DNA of 64,000 nucleotides from Octopus vulgaris (Eukaryota): positions 181,412,001 through 181,476,000 of the forward strand of contig OX597816.1 of NCBI GenBank assembly GCA_951406725.2, read 5' to 3'. Position numbers and translations under genes: made by a program. The notes under the pieces are model-generated. The model did not search any database and was not told the origin of the DNA. It saw nothing but the letters and a program-made list of their open reading frames with translations. Of this stretch, positions 48,885 to 64,000 are shown piece after piece. Within the stretch, counting starts at the first letter, position 1, and the number at the start of each line of letters is the position of its first letter.

Positions 48885-49142
48885 CATATGTACGTACGTA
48901 TGTATATACATATGTACGTATATATCTATGCGTGTGTGTTTGCATCTGTGCTCGTCCCCCCACAACACCTTGACAACTGGTGTTGGTGTGTTTACGTTCC
49001 CGTAACTTAGCGGTTCGGCCAAAGAGACCGATTGAACATGTACTAGGCTTAAAACAAGTCCTGGGGGCGATTTATTCGACTAGAAAACCGTTGCAGGCGG
49101 CACCCAAGCACGGACGCAGTCAAATGACTGAAACAAGTAATA
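48523..49142 (+). mobile_element. tRNA/CORE-type SINE with an expanded (TA)/(CA) microsatellite
   Basis: Head and tail match 45000-45390. Confidence 0.78.
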
Positions 49143-51619
49143 GACACCGGTCAAGAGTGACGATTGCCGGCAAACTAACGGACAGAATCGATTGCATCTT
49201 CTTTTTCTGCATGTGTTGTTCATTATGGCTTTACCGGAAACCCGCTACAGATGACGTTTAACCTATTCCTGCTCCAGCGGGAACACGGCGCGACAGAGTT
49301 AAAAGTTTAACGTATATAAGGAACCCTTTTTAGTCAAAAATTAGGTTTAAAAATATGGGAGTTTCTTATACATTGATAGTATTATAATCCCTTACAAAAC
49401 CCTTTTTCCAAATTTTAAGCCCCCAAAATTAGGGATTCCTTATACGAGTTAAAATACGGTATATTTATCTGTAAGAAAGCCCACATTATGCTGTTTGTTA
49501 TTTGTTTCCGAAGTCCAACGCAACTGCCTAGATTTTGTCTCAAAGTAGTCTTCGAATATTGGTCTTTTTGTGGAGCTGGGAACAAAAGACGGATGTTTAA
49601 TGGTTTAAGGTGTAAAAAAAAAGAGCAGCAACAAAAAACAGCTGGCATATCACGACGTTTATCTCGAGGGTAACAGTGATTGAAGCGAAACGGACTTCTG
49701 TCAATCAAGAATCGAAATCCTGTTGCGATTTTGACTCAACAGAACCCCCTAGGATGCCATACCATATTTTGCAAATAAATGTTCCAGTGCGTTAAGGCTA
49801 GTTGGATGGGAAAATCGTTCGAGCGGACAAAGGCTAGTTGGATGGAAAAGTGTATGTTGTTGTGAAAACTTCAGAAAATATTTCCCAAGCTTCATAATTT
49901 TACTTAAGCGTGATGTCTCTCTTTCTGTCCGTTTGTTTGCCTGTTTGTCCTTCCTTCTATCTGTCTTCTAGTGAATGAACTTTTATCTTTTCCTATTATC
50001 TTACATGATTCTTTGTTAATTTGCGATCATAATCCTGTATTTTTAGTTCTGTATTTTTAGTTCCCTAATTTTAGTTCTGTAATGGTTCCGCGCTCTGTTT
50101 TTTACTACTTAAACTCCAGTTGTGTTACTGTCCTATGACTTCAGACATGCTTGCCTTTCTTCTCGTGTTTATATTTATGTTATGACATAAATTATTTTAA
50201 TACTTATCTACACGCTACACACTTTATCATATTAAGTTTCTGTCATGTTATCACTACTTATGCTGTTGTTCTTCAATAACAAACACCTAACATTTATTAT
50301 ACGTGTGTGCATCGTGCGCCTATGTTCTCGCGGTTGTTTCAATAGATCTGTTACGTTAGTTCTGTATTATTTATTACACTCTGATGGATTAAACACGTAT
50401 CGAAAGAATGGTCTAATAATTTCGATATATTAAAATTACTCTCGTCTCCGTCTATTGCAGCCCCCCCCCCTTTTTTTGCAGTGAAATTTCTGACTTGGCG
50501 ATGCACAACGAATCTCGTTAAACTCTTGATGTTTGACCGTTTAATTGAGTCTGCTATCTGAATTTAAGTCTTGTGTGAAATTTCCATTTCTATATCAACT
50601 CAAGTGTAAAGCATTTGCATTGTATTTGCTAAAAATAAATCATCTTGTTACACATTATATTGCAAAATTAATTTACTATAGTCTCATAAAAAAATCACTA
50701 TTAAGTCAATTTCTGCGTGGAAATAGTCTGATAATGTTTAAAGGAATATGAGCCAAAAATGTACGTGTATAAATTAGATTGCTTTTATTTTAATAGTCTG
50801 GAAGAAGGTTAGTGTTGATGACCTGTTTGCAGAGCTTCAGATACTATGAAGAGAGAAGGAAAGAAGAAATCATGACTTGGGATATTCTAAAATAACAAAT
50901 TTGATCCAGGTGCTGGTAACACAGTGGGTGTTCCATTAAATGTACCCGGGGTTAGGTAGTAGAAATGGTGTTAAGCCTCGTGACGAATGAAGTCTAACAT
51001 CCCAAAACAGCCCATCATACGTTTTACTGCACGGTTTAAGTCTCTCCGATTCACATCAAGGAGAAGAGTTCGTTCGACTAGAAGCCATAACAGGAGGCAT
51101 TTACCCAAGTTACTATTTGGCATACAGATAAGTAGCGGTTTTTGTTAGGTTTATAATCAACGCTACAGCTTTTCAAATTCAAGAAGTCATGTATTAATAT
51201 TTTATATCAACTATGATACGAAGACGCCCTTTTGTAATGAATGACCATGGGATTGCATCGGGAAAAGTTACCCTCCGAGGCCAAAGACTGGGCAAAGTTG
51301 TTTATGGAAGACCAGCAGAAGCTCATGCATACCAGTCTTCCCTCTTATCTGATGTTATCCAAGAGAAAGACAAAGGCCGATACAGCTTGGCACCAGTGAC
51401 AAATGAATGGCTGCTGGAAAACGTTTTAAAAACACTAAAATAAAGGTTAAAATTCAACAAGCCATTTGTTAATAACTTTATATCAGAGTTGATTCGTAAA
51501 TTCCGTTCGTTTTACAAATTGTATTTTAGTTTTACTTCCCACTTATGCTATTATCTCTTTTTTAAAAATTGTTTTTTGTACACTGAATCCTAAATTCTGT
51601 TATCAAGAAAAAAATTATT

Positions 51620-52052
51620 AAGGTGGTGAACTGGTGGAATCGTTATCACGCCGCCGGATAAAATGCTTAGCGGCATTTCTTTCGGCTTTGCGCTATGAGT
51701 TCAAATTTCACCGCGGTCGACTTTGCTGTTTATCCTTTTGGAGCTGATGAAATAAGTACTAGGATCAATGTAATCTACTAGCCCTTTCCCCTAGAATTTC
51801 CTCCTTCCCCTGTAATAGAAAGGATTATTATTATTGAGAATGCGGCGAGTTGGCAGAATCGTTAGGACGCTGGGCAAAATGCTTAGCGGCATTTCGTCTG
51901 CCGTTACGTTCTGAGTTCAAATCCCGCCAAGGCCGACTTTACCTTTCATTCTTTCGGGGTCGATAAAATAAGTACTATTTGAACCCTGGGGCCAATGTAA
52001 TCGAATAATCCCCTCCCTCAAAACTGCTACCCTTGTGGCAAAATTTGAAACC
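51620..52052 (+). mobile_element. Two tandem tRNA-derived Meta-like SINE copies
   Basis: GGCGAGTTGGCAGAATCGTTAG...GTTCAAAT...TTTCATTCTTTCGGGGTCGATAAAATAAGTAC. Confidence 0.75.
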
Positions 52053-52094
52053 ATTATTATTATTATTATTATTATAATTATTATTATTATTATA

Positions 52095-52147
<53 letters not shown>

Positions 52148-52191
52148 CATTATTATTATATCATTATTATTATTATTATTATTATTATTAC

Positions 52192-53142
<951 letters not shown>

Positions 53143-53515
53143 GAGTGAGCGAGCAGAGCATGCCATCAAAGTGACACTGGGGTAAATATACGAAGCCCAG
53201 TATACCCATCATGACTACCCGTCTGATAAGAGTACACCAGGCACATGCATCACAACCATATGTGCGCGACATGGTGATCTCATATCAAGATAAACAGCAC
53301 ATGACCTTGCAGGTGGAGCCCAGTTAGAATTTTCTTCAGATCGAGTAACCCATCCCGCTCAAAAGGTCCCTGAATAAGGGTTGTTTAAGGACGTTGAACG
53401 AAACACCCTGTAGCCCATCTTTTATACCAAGACAAAACAATGTACATGATAACACTTCCAATCAGTTAAGATCAGAAGCCACTAGAGCCACTGCCTGGTA
53501 CTGCATCGGGGCATT
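53143..53515 (-). mobile_element. (TAA)n-embedded short non-coding element, internally deleted copy
   Basis: Homologous to 54260-54781, 54803-54960 and 56610-57075; every copy adjoins (TAA)n or (TAC)n. Confidence 0.75.
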
Positions 53516-53521
53516 TATTAT

Positions 53522-53688
<167 letters not shown>

Positions 53689-54185
53689 ATTTAAGAAATA
53701 GGCCAAAAATGATCTTTCTTACATATAAAAAGAAGTTGGTAAATCTTAGAAAACATGCATAAAAATGATCAAGGTTAACAAACGATGTGAAAGGCTACAC
53801 TAACAATATTTACAGTTCCTAGTGTCGCTATTTTCTGGATCGTGCGTATGGCGATCCTTATAGGTATTATGTGAGTGAGTTTCCAGAAGTTGGTGTGAAT
53901 CATTCTAGTTTGACAGAAACGCTCTTCAACGTATGACAGACGTATGATAGGCGCGTTCTTCAACTGCTTAGATGCATTCCTTTATTTTTCAGCTAATGTA
54001 GGACACACTGCTATCATGTAGTATATTATTTCAGAAACTACACCAGGCAGGCGACAATTGTTGTCTATATTCCAGAAATTGCAGATATTCATGATACACT
54101 TTATGACCGGCCATAGCTGTTCCAGTTAAGGTGAATTTTCTTCAGTAACAACAACAGCAACAACAACGACGACGACGACGACGAC

Positions 54186-54259
<74 letters not shown>

Positions 54260-54260
<1 letters not shown>

Positions 54261-54960
54261 TTCTGATCTTAACTGATTGGAAGTGTTATCATGTACATTG
54301 TTTTGTCTTGGTGTAAAAGATGGGCTACAGCAAATATTCTGCTCAATACCACAGATTTGCTTGTCAGTTGTTTGACCTTAACCAGTTGAGCATGTCCCTT
54401 AGTGGCTGACGATATGTGCATCTCTGATCACGAGCAGAAGTAGTGGGGGAGCATCATAGCCATGTGTTGAGAGGGATTCTTTGGGGTTTGAATAATTCAC
54501 CTCTGGAAACATGGGTGTTTCGTTCAACGTCCTTAAACAACCCTTATTCAGGGACCTTTTGAGCGGGATGGGTTACTCGATCTGAAGAAAATTCTAACTG
54601 GGCTCCACCTGCAAGGTCATGTGCTGTTTATCTTGATATGAGATCACCATGTCGCGCACATATGGTTGTGATGCATGTGCCTGGTGTACTCTTATCAGAC
54701 GGGTAGTCATGATGGGTATACTGGGCTTCGTATATTTTACCCCAGTGTCACTTTGATGGCATGCTCTGCTCGCTCACTCAATAATAATAATAATAATAAT
54801 AACACATGCCCCGATGCAGTACCAGGCAGTGGCTCTCGTAGCTTCTGATCTTAACTGATTGGAAGTGTTATCATGTGCATTGTTGGTATAAAAGATGGGC
54901 TACGGCAAATATTCTGCTCAATACCACAGATTTGCTTGTCAGTTGTTTGACCGTAACCAA
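54260..54960 (+). mobile_element. Two copies of the (TAA)n-embedded element
   Basis: TTCTGATCTTAACTGATTGGAAGTG...CTCGCTCACTCAATAATAAT, followed by a second partial copy. Confidence 0.75.
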
Positions 54961-56493
54961 TTCTCAGATATTTCTCCTTCTTTTGTTGAACAGTTATTGA
55001 TCTCTACACCACTACGAGTCTTAATACAACTGCTTTTTTTTGAAAGTTATTTTTTTTCAAATTAAATAATTTATTTTTACTATTATTGCAGTTAAGGCAT
55101 TCCATATTGTAAGCAGGCAGATTTGAGTTTAGTTTTGGGGGGTTGTTATTTATTTAATATTGGGGAGTAAGATGGTTTTCGCTTTAGTGGTAACAACAAT
55201 ATAACATTACAGTTACCCATGACAACCTGAAAGCATTTTGGTGGTCATTACCACCGCCACCACCACTACAAGAATCTCTGGCACGGATACTTTGGAAGCA
55301 GACATCAACTCTTAACACACCTAACTGACACAATTACAATTAACACCAGTACCACTAGCGCCACCATCACATCCACTTTGACAACAAGCATTACAACCAG
55401 CAGCAACTGCAGCCGTCCAAGAATTTGGACTTGGAGATCTCCATTTCCAGTGACTTCGAGGGCCACCTCCCAGTGGTGTCGGGCGTCAACGAAGAGCCCT
55501 CGACTACAACGAGACGACCAAAGTTTTTTTTCCAGGGTCTAGGGTCTCCCGCCCCTAAGCCCTAGACCATCACCTAATCACCCTTACCCATCTTGTTGCT
55601 TAACAACAACAACAAGAACAACAGCAACATGAACAACAGTTGCAGTAAAAGCTCTGCATAGTTTATTATGGTGTCGAGGGCAACCTGCACCCAGTTTCGT
55701 GCGGATCTTTTGCAGCAGTCACAAATACTGGTTTCACATGACAGAGCTTCATAAGACAAGAAGAAACAAAAATTAAGTTAAAAGTTAAAAGACTAGTCCA
55801 AAGGGCAGTATCAACCATTGCCCAGACTGAGAAGAGAAGCATCATCGCCATTTACAGGACCCCCCTCCACTTTGAGGATAAAAAAACAAAAACAAAACAA
55901 GTACAATGATAGACGAGTACATCCCTACACGCATGAAAGTGCTTCGATCCACCTCCTTTCTGACGTCGTCCACGAGGCCAAGTAAACCGACCGCTTACAC
56001 ATCTCTCATCAAACTATTATAACAACTATTTCTCACAAATAACCTTCTTACTACATGAAATTAGTGGTCACAACCACTCGGCAAAAATTAGCACAACTAT
56101 AAGTTTGCGCCAAAAACATACTCAAATCCACGAAGTAAACAAAAAAGAAATTTACAAATTTCTAAAAAAAAGTCGAAGAAATGGAACCAGTGTTTCCAAA
56201 ATTCAACAATTTCACCGTCACCAAGTCATCCCCTGTAGCACTCACATTCAATAAAATAATTATCGATCAAATGAAATTTCAGCTGTTCTGCCCTTGTGTC
56301 AAAATTTGAAACCATTAAGACGGTGACCTGGCCAAATTGCTAACCGGACAAAATGCTTAGCGGCATTTCGAGTTTACTTTCGGCTGAATTGCCTTTCATC
56401 CTTTCGGGGTCCATAAATAGGGAACTGTTGAGTCGATGTAATAGACTAGCTTCTTCCCCACAAATTTCAGGTCTATTGTTTATGGTACAAAGG

Positions 56494-56598
<105 letters not shown>

Positions 56599-56609
56599 GT
56601 TATTATTAT

Positions 56610-57075
56610 TGAGTGAGAGAGCAGTGCATGCCATCAAAGTGACAGTGGGGTATAATATACGAAGCCCAGTATACCCATCATGACTACCCGTCTGATTAGG
56701 GTACACTAGGTACATGCACCACAGCCATATGTGCGCGATATGGTGATCTCATATCAAGATAAACAGGTCCCTGAATAAGAACTGTTTAAGGATGTTGAAC
56801 GAACCAACCATGTTTCCAAAGGTGAATTATTCAAACCCCAAAGAATTCCTCTCAACACATGGTTATGATGCTCCCCCACTGCTTCTGCTCGTGGTCAGAG
56901 ATGCACATATTGTCAGCCACCAAGGGACATGCTCAAGTAGCTGAGGTCAAGCAACTAACAAGCAAATCTGTGGTATTGAGCAGAACATTTGCTGTAGCCT
57001 ATCTTTTATACCAAGACAAAACAATGTGTATGATAACGCTTCCAATCAGTTAAGATCAGGAGCCATGAGAACCAC
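56610..57075 (-). mobile_element. (TAA)n-embedded element, more diverged copy
   Basis: GAGTGAGAGAGCAGTGCATGCCATCAAAGTGACA..., lying between long (ATT)n tracts. Confidence 0.75.
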
Positions 57076-57079
57076 TATC

Positions 57080-57357
<278 letters not shown>

Positions 57358-58239
57358 TATTGTTCATGTCATTGATGATAATTTTTTAAAGCATATTTTG
57401 AAGTAGATATTCTCGAATGGTTGGGCTGTATGTGGTGTAATGATGCCGTTAGTAGTTGATTCATTGTGAGACAGGGAGGCGGTCGGATGGGGCGTTAGCA
57501 AAAAAACTGCGATGAGAACGAAATTCTCTTTTTCCTTGCCCCTACTCAACACCATCATCACCACCAACAACAATCATAAGAGAAAATGAAAGAAAGAAAG
57601 AAAGAAAGAAGAAGAAGAAGAAGAAGGAGAAAAATAAGAAGAAAAATGGGGGCGTCTCCTACACAAAGCCAACAACCAATAGAATAATCATGATGAATAT
57701 TCAAATGCCTACGAAATTGGTGTGTCTCATTTGTGGTGATATTGCGTGTGCTTCTCATGCGATTTCCTCCTGATCTTCTTTACATTTTTAAGTTAATGGG
57801 CAGCAATGGAGTTGGTCACGGTGTGTAAGTCGATCATGAGAAAGTGGAGCGAATAATAACACGCTGTCCTGCCAATTGGTCGTTTAAGATTGGTCGACTG
57901 GAAAGCTTTTATTGTTGTTATTGTCGTCGGTCCATAACTTCACGTACTCCGCGCACACACACACACACACACACAGAGGCACACATACACATATATAGAC
58001 TTACATACATTCATTTCAACAAACCATGCTATATACTCTCAGCTATTCGGATGACACGTAAAGAAAAATGTAAACATTCTTTATTTCAATTATATTAAAA
58101 AAGAAAAGAAAAAAGAGAAGTAAAAGAACAGAGAGCAGCTTTTTATTTCTTCTTTCTCTCCTCTCTTCTCATGATTCTTTCGATATAAGTTTTATTAAAC
58201 GAATATTCTTTTTAGAAAGAAGCTTTGTTGTGATACACA

Positions 58240-58512
58240 ATGGAGATGGAGACTAGCTTTGTAACAGCAGACAACGAATCCTCAGAATGTGTGAAACGGA
58301 GAGACGGTTTCTACCCGAAGTTAGAGAAGAGGGACTCTGGAATTACTGCCGATTCGTCTTATTCTTCGACCTCATGGCGAAACAGTTATGAAGAAACTCC
58401 AGAATATGAGAACAATGTATTCGAACTGAGTATCGAGCGTTCTTCAAGCGGCTCAACTTTGGATTTGAGTCAACCAATAGACAACCACCAGCCTATGAAA
58501 ACATCAGATAAA
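58240..58512 (+). CDS. Probable first coding exon of an unidentified host gene (Ser/Glu-rich, likely disordered N-terminus)
   Basis: 91 codons of non-repetitive sequence from ACAATGG to a canonical AA|GTGAGT donor. A TTCTTTTTAG acceptor lies at 58215. Contains a DSGxxxD motif. Confidence 0.55.
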
Positions 58513-60029
58513 GTGAGTATCTTGGCAAACTTATACCGATTTACAAATTTGCGTGATTGTGAGATGGCAAAGCTGTGTCCGTATTGCTTTTCATTTAGTA
58601 TTGGTTTTCTATTCTTAAATTTTCATGTACTTTCTGTCAGTCTTTCTCTGTCTGTCTGTCTGTCTGTCTCTGTCTGTCTGCCTGCCTGCCCGTCTCTCTG
58701 TCTCTGTCTGTCTGTCTCTCTCCTCCTTCTCTCTCTTTCTCTCTGCAGTCATCGTTGTGGTTTGCTGTTTTTTTTTTATCCATCTTTTACATGAACATTG
58801 CTGTGTAGCTTTGATGGTAAAGTTCTGAATTAGGTATTTTCCAAGCTCTGGTTTGGAACGCTTTTGATATCACCCCACCCCTGAGACCACCCCTGATTCT
58901 ATGATTCAGATTATCTAAATTAAAGCCTTTCATAAAAATTCTATGTTTATTTATATTCCAAGCACTAGCTTAATAATAACAAAGTTATTTTACTAAATTC
59001 TTTATTATTTTCAAAATGAATTGAAACGAAAGCAGTGTGTTTATGCAGAAATAGGGCTACAAAACAACGAGCGTTTGGGCCCCTATGAGGTCGCACTACT
59101 TGATCTGCGCAGCACTGCAGTCAAATATTTCTCAAATGACTTCTTCCCGTGTTAAAAGAATGTATTGAATAATGTAATCCAAGATGTATTTACAAGAAAA
59201 TTAATAAATGAAAAAAAAAAGGCAGGATGTTACGGCTGGAACGCCTTTGATTAAAGGGCTGTTCTATCAGGGCTGACCTCGGGTTAAACAGCAACCATCG
59301 AGTAAACCGCAATACAGTCGCTCGATATTTTAGAAATAGCAACCAACCGATAAAAAATGGGAAGGACGCATTAAAATGATGTGCTTGAGACCTCTTGAAA
59401 AGACGGGATGGCCACAACTCGATCAGGATTAAACTGGGACTAAACAACAACGACAACAACAACAGCAACAACAACAAAAGCAGTTTTTCGCTTTTGATTC
59501 TTCTGCGCTGCTCAGCGCATTGAGCGGCAAGCTTCATCCATCAGGTTTCATTGGTTGCTACTCCTGTACAACCATTCCATATAATGTCGGTTTCAAATTT
59601 TGGTACAAGGCCAGCAATTGGGGAGGAGGGTGCTGAGAGAATGGCGGCATTTGAACCCAGAGCGGAAAGTCTGAAGAAATGCTGCTAAACTTTTTTTCTG
59701 GTTTGGCAGCGATACTGCAGGCTCAATTCCCTGTCCTTTCCACGTAATATTGACTGTTTTCCGGTCATCTTGAGATGTTCGGCCTGCTCCTTATACGCCT
59801 ACCGACCGGTGGCACACAAGTCATGAATTCTTTTGTTCAGTTACACTGAATATGTAGCAAGCCAGAAGAAATCGCCGCTCAGTTGGTGAAATCTCTTGTA
59901 GTGGTCGCGACCTCGCTCTTCTCATGATCTCATTTGTGACACTGTCCCACCAGCTGAGCCTCAGTATCTTTCTAAGGCACCTTTGATGGAATACATTTAG
60001 TTTTCTGTCTGTCCTGTGTGTGCGTGTGG

Positions 60030-60275
60030 AGGCGCGTGGCTTAGTGGTTAGGGTATCAGCGTCATGATAGTAAGATTGTGATTTCGATTCCTGGACCGGG
60101 TGACGCGTTGTGTTCTTGAGAAAAACAATTCATTTCACGTTGCCTCAGTCCACTCAGCTAGCAAAAATGAGTAACGCTGCGATGGACTGGCGTCCCGTCC
60201 AGCTGGGGAACACATACACCATAGAAACCGGGCTCATGAGCCTGGCTAGGCTTTAAAAGAGCGCATTTATTTCTA
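60030..60275 (+). mobile_element. tRNA-derived SINE (family of 27581)
   Basis: GGCGCGTGGCTTAGTGGTTAGGG...TTCGATTCCTGGACCGG. Confidence 0.8.
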
Positions 60276-60304
60276 TTATATATATATAAAAGTATTGGCC
60301 TCTT

Positions 60305-60500
60305 TTGGAACTTGACCATAACGTACGCAGTCTTATGGATGACCCTTGAATCTCTGTCTTAGAAGATGAATTAGACAGCATGAATTGGAATATCATTCGA
60401 CTAAGTGTAGTGAAAAGAAAGAGAGAGAGAGAGAGAGTGCAAGCTCATTCTAAAACGTGGTGACATTTTTTTCTGGATAGGCAAAGATTATAAAAGCGAA
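60305..60500 (+). pseudogene. LINE APE-endonuclease N-terminal relic (RTE-like)
   Basis: NVRSLMDDP*ISVLEDELDSMNWNIIRLSVVKR resembles the APE start motif NVRTL..L..EL....DIIGLSEVR. Confidence 0.5.
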
Positions 60501-60542
60501 ACAGGCGGTGATAAATAAGGTTAATATATATGTATATATATA

Positions 60543-60640
<98 letters not shown>

Positions 60641-60656
60641 TGTGTGTGTGTCTGTG

Positions 60657-60704
<48 letters not shown>

Positions 60705-60853
60705 ATTTCGTATATTTTCATTTGTCTTGCTTATTTTTAATGCTTTGGTTCGTGCTGAGTTTTTTATTTGAGAACACATTCTTTGTGGAAAATAGCGATT
60801 TTGACGTCTATATCTAGCATGTTGACCGTCCACTTTTAGTGGTCAGTCCTTTA

Positions 60854-60917
<64 letters not shown>

Positions 60918-60999
60918 CAAAAAATGTCCGACGAACGGCAACGGGAAACTCAGAGTAACAGGTTTTGTTGAATTTTCTGCTGCTTTAAATAAAGTATAT

Positions 61000-61072
<73 letters not shown>

Positions 61073-61275
61073 CATATACACATATACACACACATATACA
61101 CATAGAAAACTAGAATGGAGCAATAACGCACACCATAACATATGACGATAGTGGATCCTGCAAACATAATAAATACACAGATAATTAAAGAAATAGAAAT
61201 GAATAACTATATATATGTATATGTGTATGTATATGTGTATATGTGTGTATATATGTGTATATGTATGTGTATGTG

Positions 61276-61319
<44 letters not shown>

Positions 61320-61719
61320 TCCGGCCTTCACCATGATAGATCGCTAACCACTTTATTTTCTCTCCTTGTTTCTTTCTGTGTTCCTTTCTCGAAACGTTAA
61401 AGACTTTTTCACTTCCCGAGCGTTATACTAATACATCTGTTTGTTGTCTACACCACCTGTCTTCGTCTTTTGTTGGGTTTTTGTGAATTCTCCCTATATA
61501 TATGCATATATACATATATACATATATGTATGTGTGTGTGTGTGCATTTGTAATACATGTATGCACACATGCACTCACATATAGAGGTTAACTTTATCTT
61601 TCATCCTTCCTGGGTTGAAGAAATAAGTAGGAGTTGAGGACCGGGATCGATGTAATTGATTTTTTCTCAGCCCCGAAATTGCTGTGTCAGAATTTGAAAT
61701 CAGTATAACTTGTAGGGCT

Positions 61720-61925
61720 AAGGCAGCGAGCTGGCAGAATCGTTATTGCGCCGGGCAAAATGCTTAGCGACATTTCATCTGTTTTTACGTTTTGAGTTCA
61801 AATTCCACTGGGGTCAACTTTGCCGGTCATTCTTTCGGGGTCAATGGAATAAGTACTATTTAATTACTGGGATCGATGTAATCGACTTTCCCCCATCCCG
61901 AAATTGCTAGCCTTGTGCCAAAACC
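61720..61925 (+). mobile_element. tRNA-derived Meta-like SINE
   Basis: AGGCAGCGAGCTGGCAGAATCGTTATTGCGCCGGGCAAAATGCTTAGC...GTTCAAATTCC. Confidence 0.75.
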
Positions 61926-64000
61926 GATAGCTTACGACAACCGCATGTTATGGAGGATTCATTTATTAGAAATAAAAAGACTCGACTTTTACTGGTTCTG
62001 TGATTAGAAAGGAAGTATAGCTGTGTGTTTAAGATGTTCACTTCACATCTGCACGACTTTGGGCTCGATCTCTGTGCAAAACTCCTCGGTGGACAGAAAC
62101 TATATGATAATCTGTCGAAACGATCATTGAAGAATTTAACGTGTCGCTTGATTAAATATCACTACTTGATCGTTGAATGCCTTTAGCAGAGTCTACTGTC
62201 AAAAGCATTTGGACCAGGAATCTGGTTTGAGTACAACTTCCCACCAGTATCGCAGCTTTTGAAAAAGATTCATAGATGCTCCCCTTCTTCCCTTGCTTAC
62301 GCAGTAAATAAACAATTGCAAATTGAATATGACTTACTTCTATCATAGATCACATAACTTTATTGTGTTAAACGTCATATTATTATTTGATTTCTGAACA
62401 CATAAAGTCTAGGTCTTGCAGTAATATTTGAATAATATTTTTCATCTTTGTCTGAAGTGATTATTTTATGTCAAACTCTTTTGCGTACTACGGACTCTAG
62501 TGGGTCGCCTCCAGGCACATATGAGAACTAAGTAATGAGCAAGAAATGTCCAAGAACAATACACAGTGCATTAACTACATGAGATTTCGGAAATTGCGTA
62601 CACTCACCTATTGACTGCAAACATTTGTTACCTGTTTTCAAGATATGCAAAGTCAAACACCTAGTTGCTTGTAGATTCCAAAGTTTCTTATTCAATAAAA
62701 TATAATGTAATGATCAGCTTTGTTGAAAGTCTTGGCAAAGTCTAAGTAGATCCGTCAACGCTGCACTTACCAAAGGAGATATCAAGATTATATCAGAGCT
62801 GAAGGTGACGTCTAGTGTAAAAATCATGTTCAGTAATAATGTGATAGTTACAGTTCTTCAGACAATTAATAGATAAGTAATAGCCTGTTATATTCTTTAT
62901 GGTATTAGTTATGTGGGTGATAGATCTGTTGATTTGTTTCCTCTCAATTTATTTTTAGAAAGCTGCATTACGGTATGCGATCGATTCTTTCATTTTAGTG
63001 GTTCCGCCTATGTCACTTATTTTCTTTCTTTACATTAACAAACCACTCGATTTCACTTCTAATCTCACAAAGTATTAAACTGATTATGATGTCCTTTATT
63101 CGTCCATATCGTTCTGCAAGCGTGTCAACCCAATGCGACCAAAGCATTCACACCGTACTAGTACTGACAACCTCCATAAACAGATACCTGGAAAACATTC
63201 TTCAATGGGGACATTGACTACTTAGTCAACTTCTGTCGTAACAAGAAGACACATTTGCTTTACCTATCAAAGAAACAATATTGTACTTAACTCTCTGAAT
63301 AGGAATACTATGCCACTTAGAGACCCCCTTCGGCAATGAATGACCATGGGATTGCAGCTAGAAAGTTCCCCTCAGAGGTACAGGGCTGGACAAGGTTGTT
63401 TGTGGAAGACCAGCAGTCGCCCATGCAAACAAGCCTTCCCGCCAAGGAAAAGGCAAAGGCCGATACTGCTTCGTACCAGTGTTGTGACTCCTTTTTACAG
63501 CTAAGTGAACTGAAATAATTTGAAATAAAGCCTTCTGCTCAAGAACGCAACGCATAGCCTGGTCCGGTAGTTAAACTCATTACCTCATGATTGTGAGCCC
63601 GGTTCGGAATCGAACTTATTATTGTGAGCCGACTCTTACCACTGAGCCATGCAACCTACAAAGTTACTACGAAAAATAAGCATCACAGTCTCTCAAGGTT
63701 ATCTTACATATACAACATTGCCAAAACCTCTTCTTTAGAGCCAGAATAATACTTTATGATCAGGTCAGTTGCCTACCTTCTGCAAAGTACAAATGCAACC
63801 CTACTGGAGTTCTGCTTCCATGTATAGAACAATAATGTCTACAACAACACCCGACAAAACCCCCACTTAACAACATAAGGATTAAAAAAAACAATACTAG
63901 GCAACAACAGCATCCCAAATATGACCATCCAGCTGAAAGGCAAAACTTCATTCCCTGACATGCTTTGAACACTGCTTCATAGCCGTATTGCTTCTTCTCT

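Noticed and set aside
55250-56260. Possible decayed LINE ORF1 or host exon
   Set aside because: It has many stops, no diagnostic motif and no clear splice sites, so it cannot be supported.
62140-63300. Possible transposase and CR1-like RT relics
   Set aside because: Only faint motif resemblance (VDSAKGIQ; INRYLENILQWG), too degenerate to call without a search.

Overview
Repeat-dominated eukaryotic DNA. It is probably a cephalopod such as octopus, inferred from the SINE families, the microsatellite density and the divergent GC-rich rDNA. In order, the window holds: (1) a collapsed minus-strand rDNA pseudo-unit with 28S pieces, 5.8S, ITS1, the 18S 3' tip and IGS-like subrepeats (1-3480); (2) about 16 kb of a ~133-bp AT-rich satellite that flips strand at ~12.1 kb and carries four copies of an ORF1-only L1/Tx1-type element, three of them internally deleted and amplified with satellite monomers as a 1213-bp higher-order repeat; (3) a 5'-truncated but uninterrupted Tx1/L1 ORF2 (RT plus CCHC); (4) a 100-N gap and a highly homogeneous 144-bp tandem array; (5) about 37 kb of SINEs, mariner/Tc1/pogo relics, RTE and Dong/R4 fragments, a Helitron-type MITE, several hammerhead-like motifs, microsatellites and one probable host exon. 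The main observation is that the Tx1 LINE, the ORF1-only element and a tRNA-derived SINE share the same 3' terminus (TGTCCCCTCT..GCCCCTWGTGGGTAATAAA). The ORF1-only element and the SINE also both join their tails to GGT targets. This suggests a three-component LINE / half-LINE / SINE system tied to a satellite that may be the element's own 5' monomer. All calls are made by eye and coordinates are approximate to a few bases.
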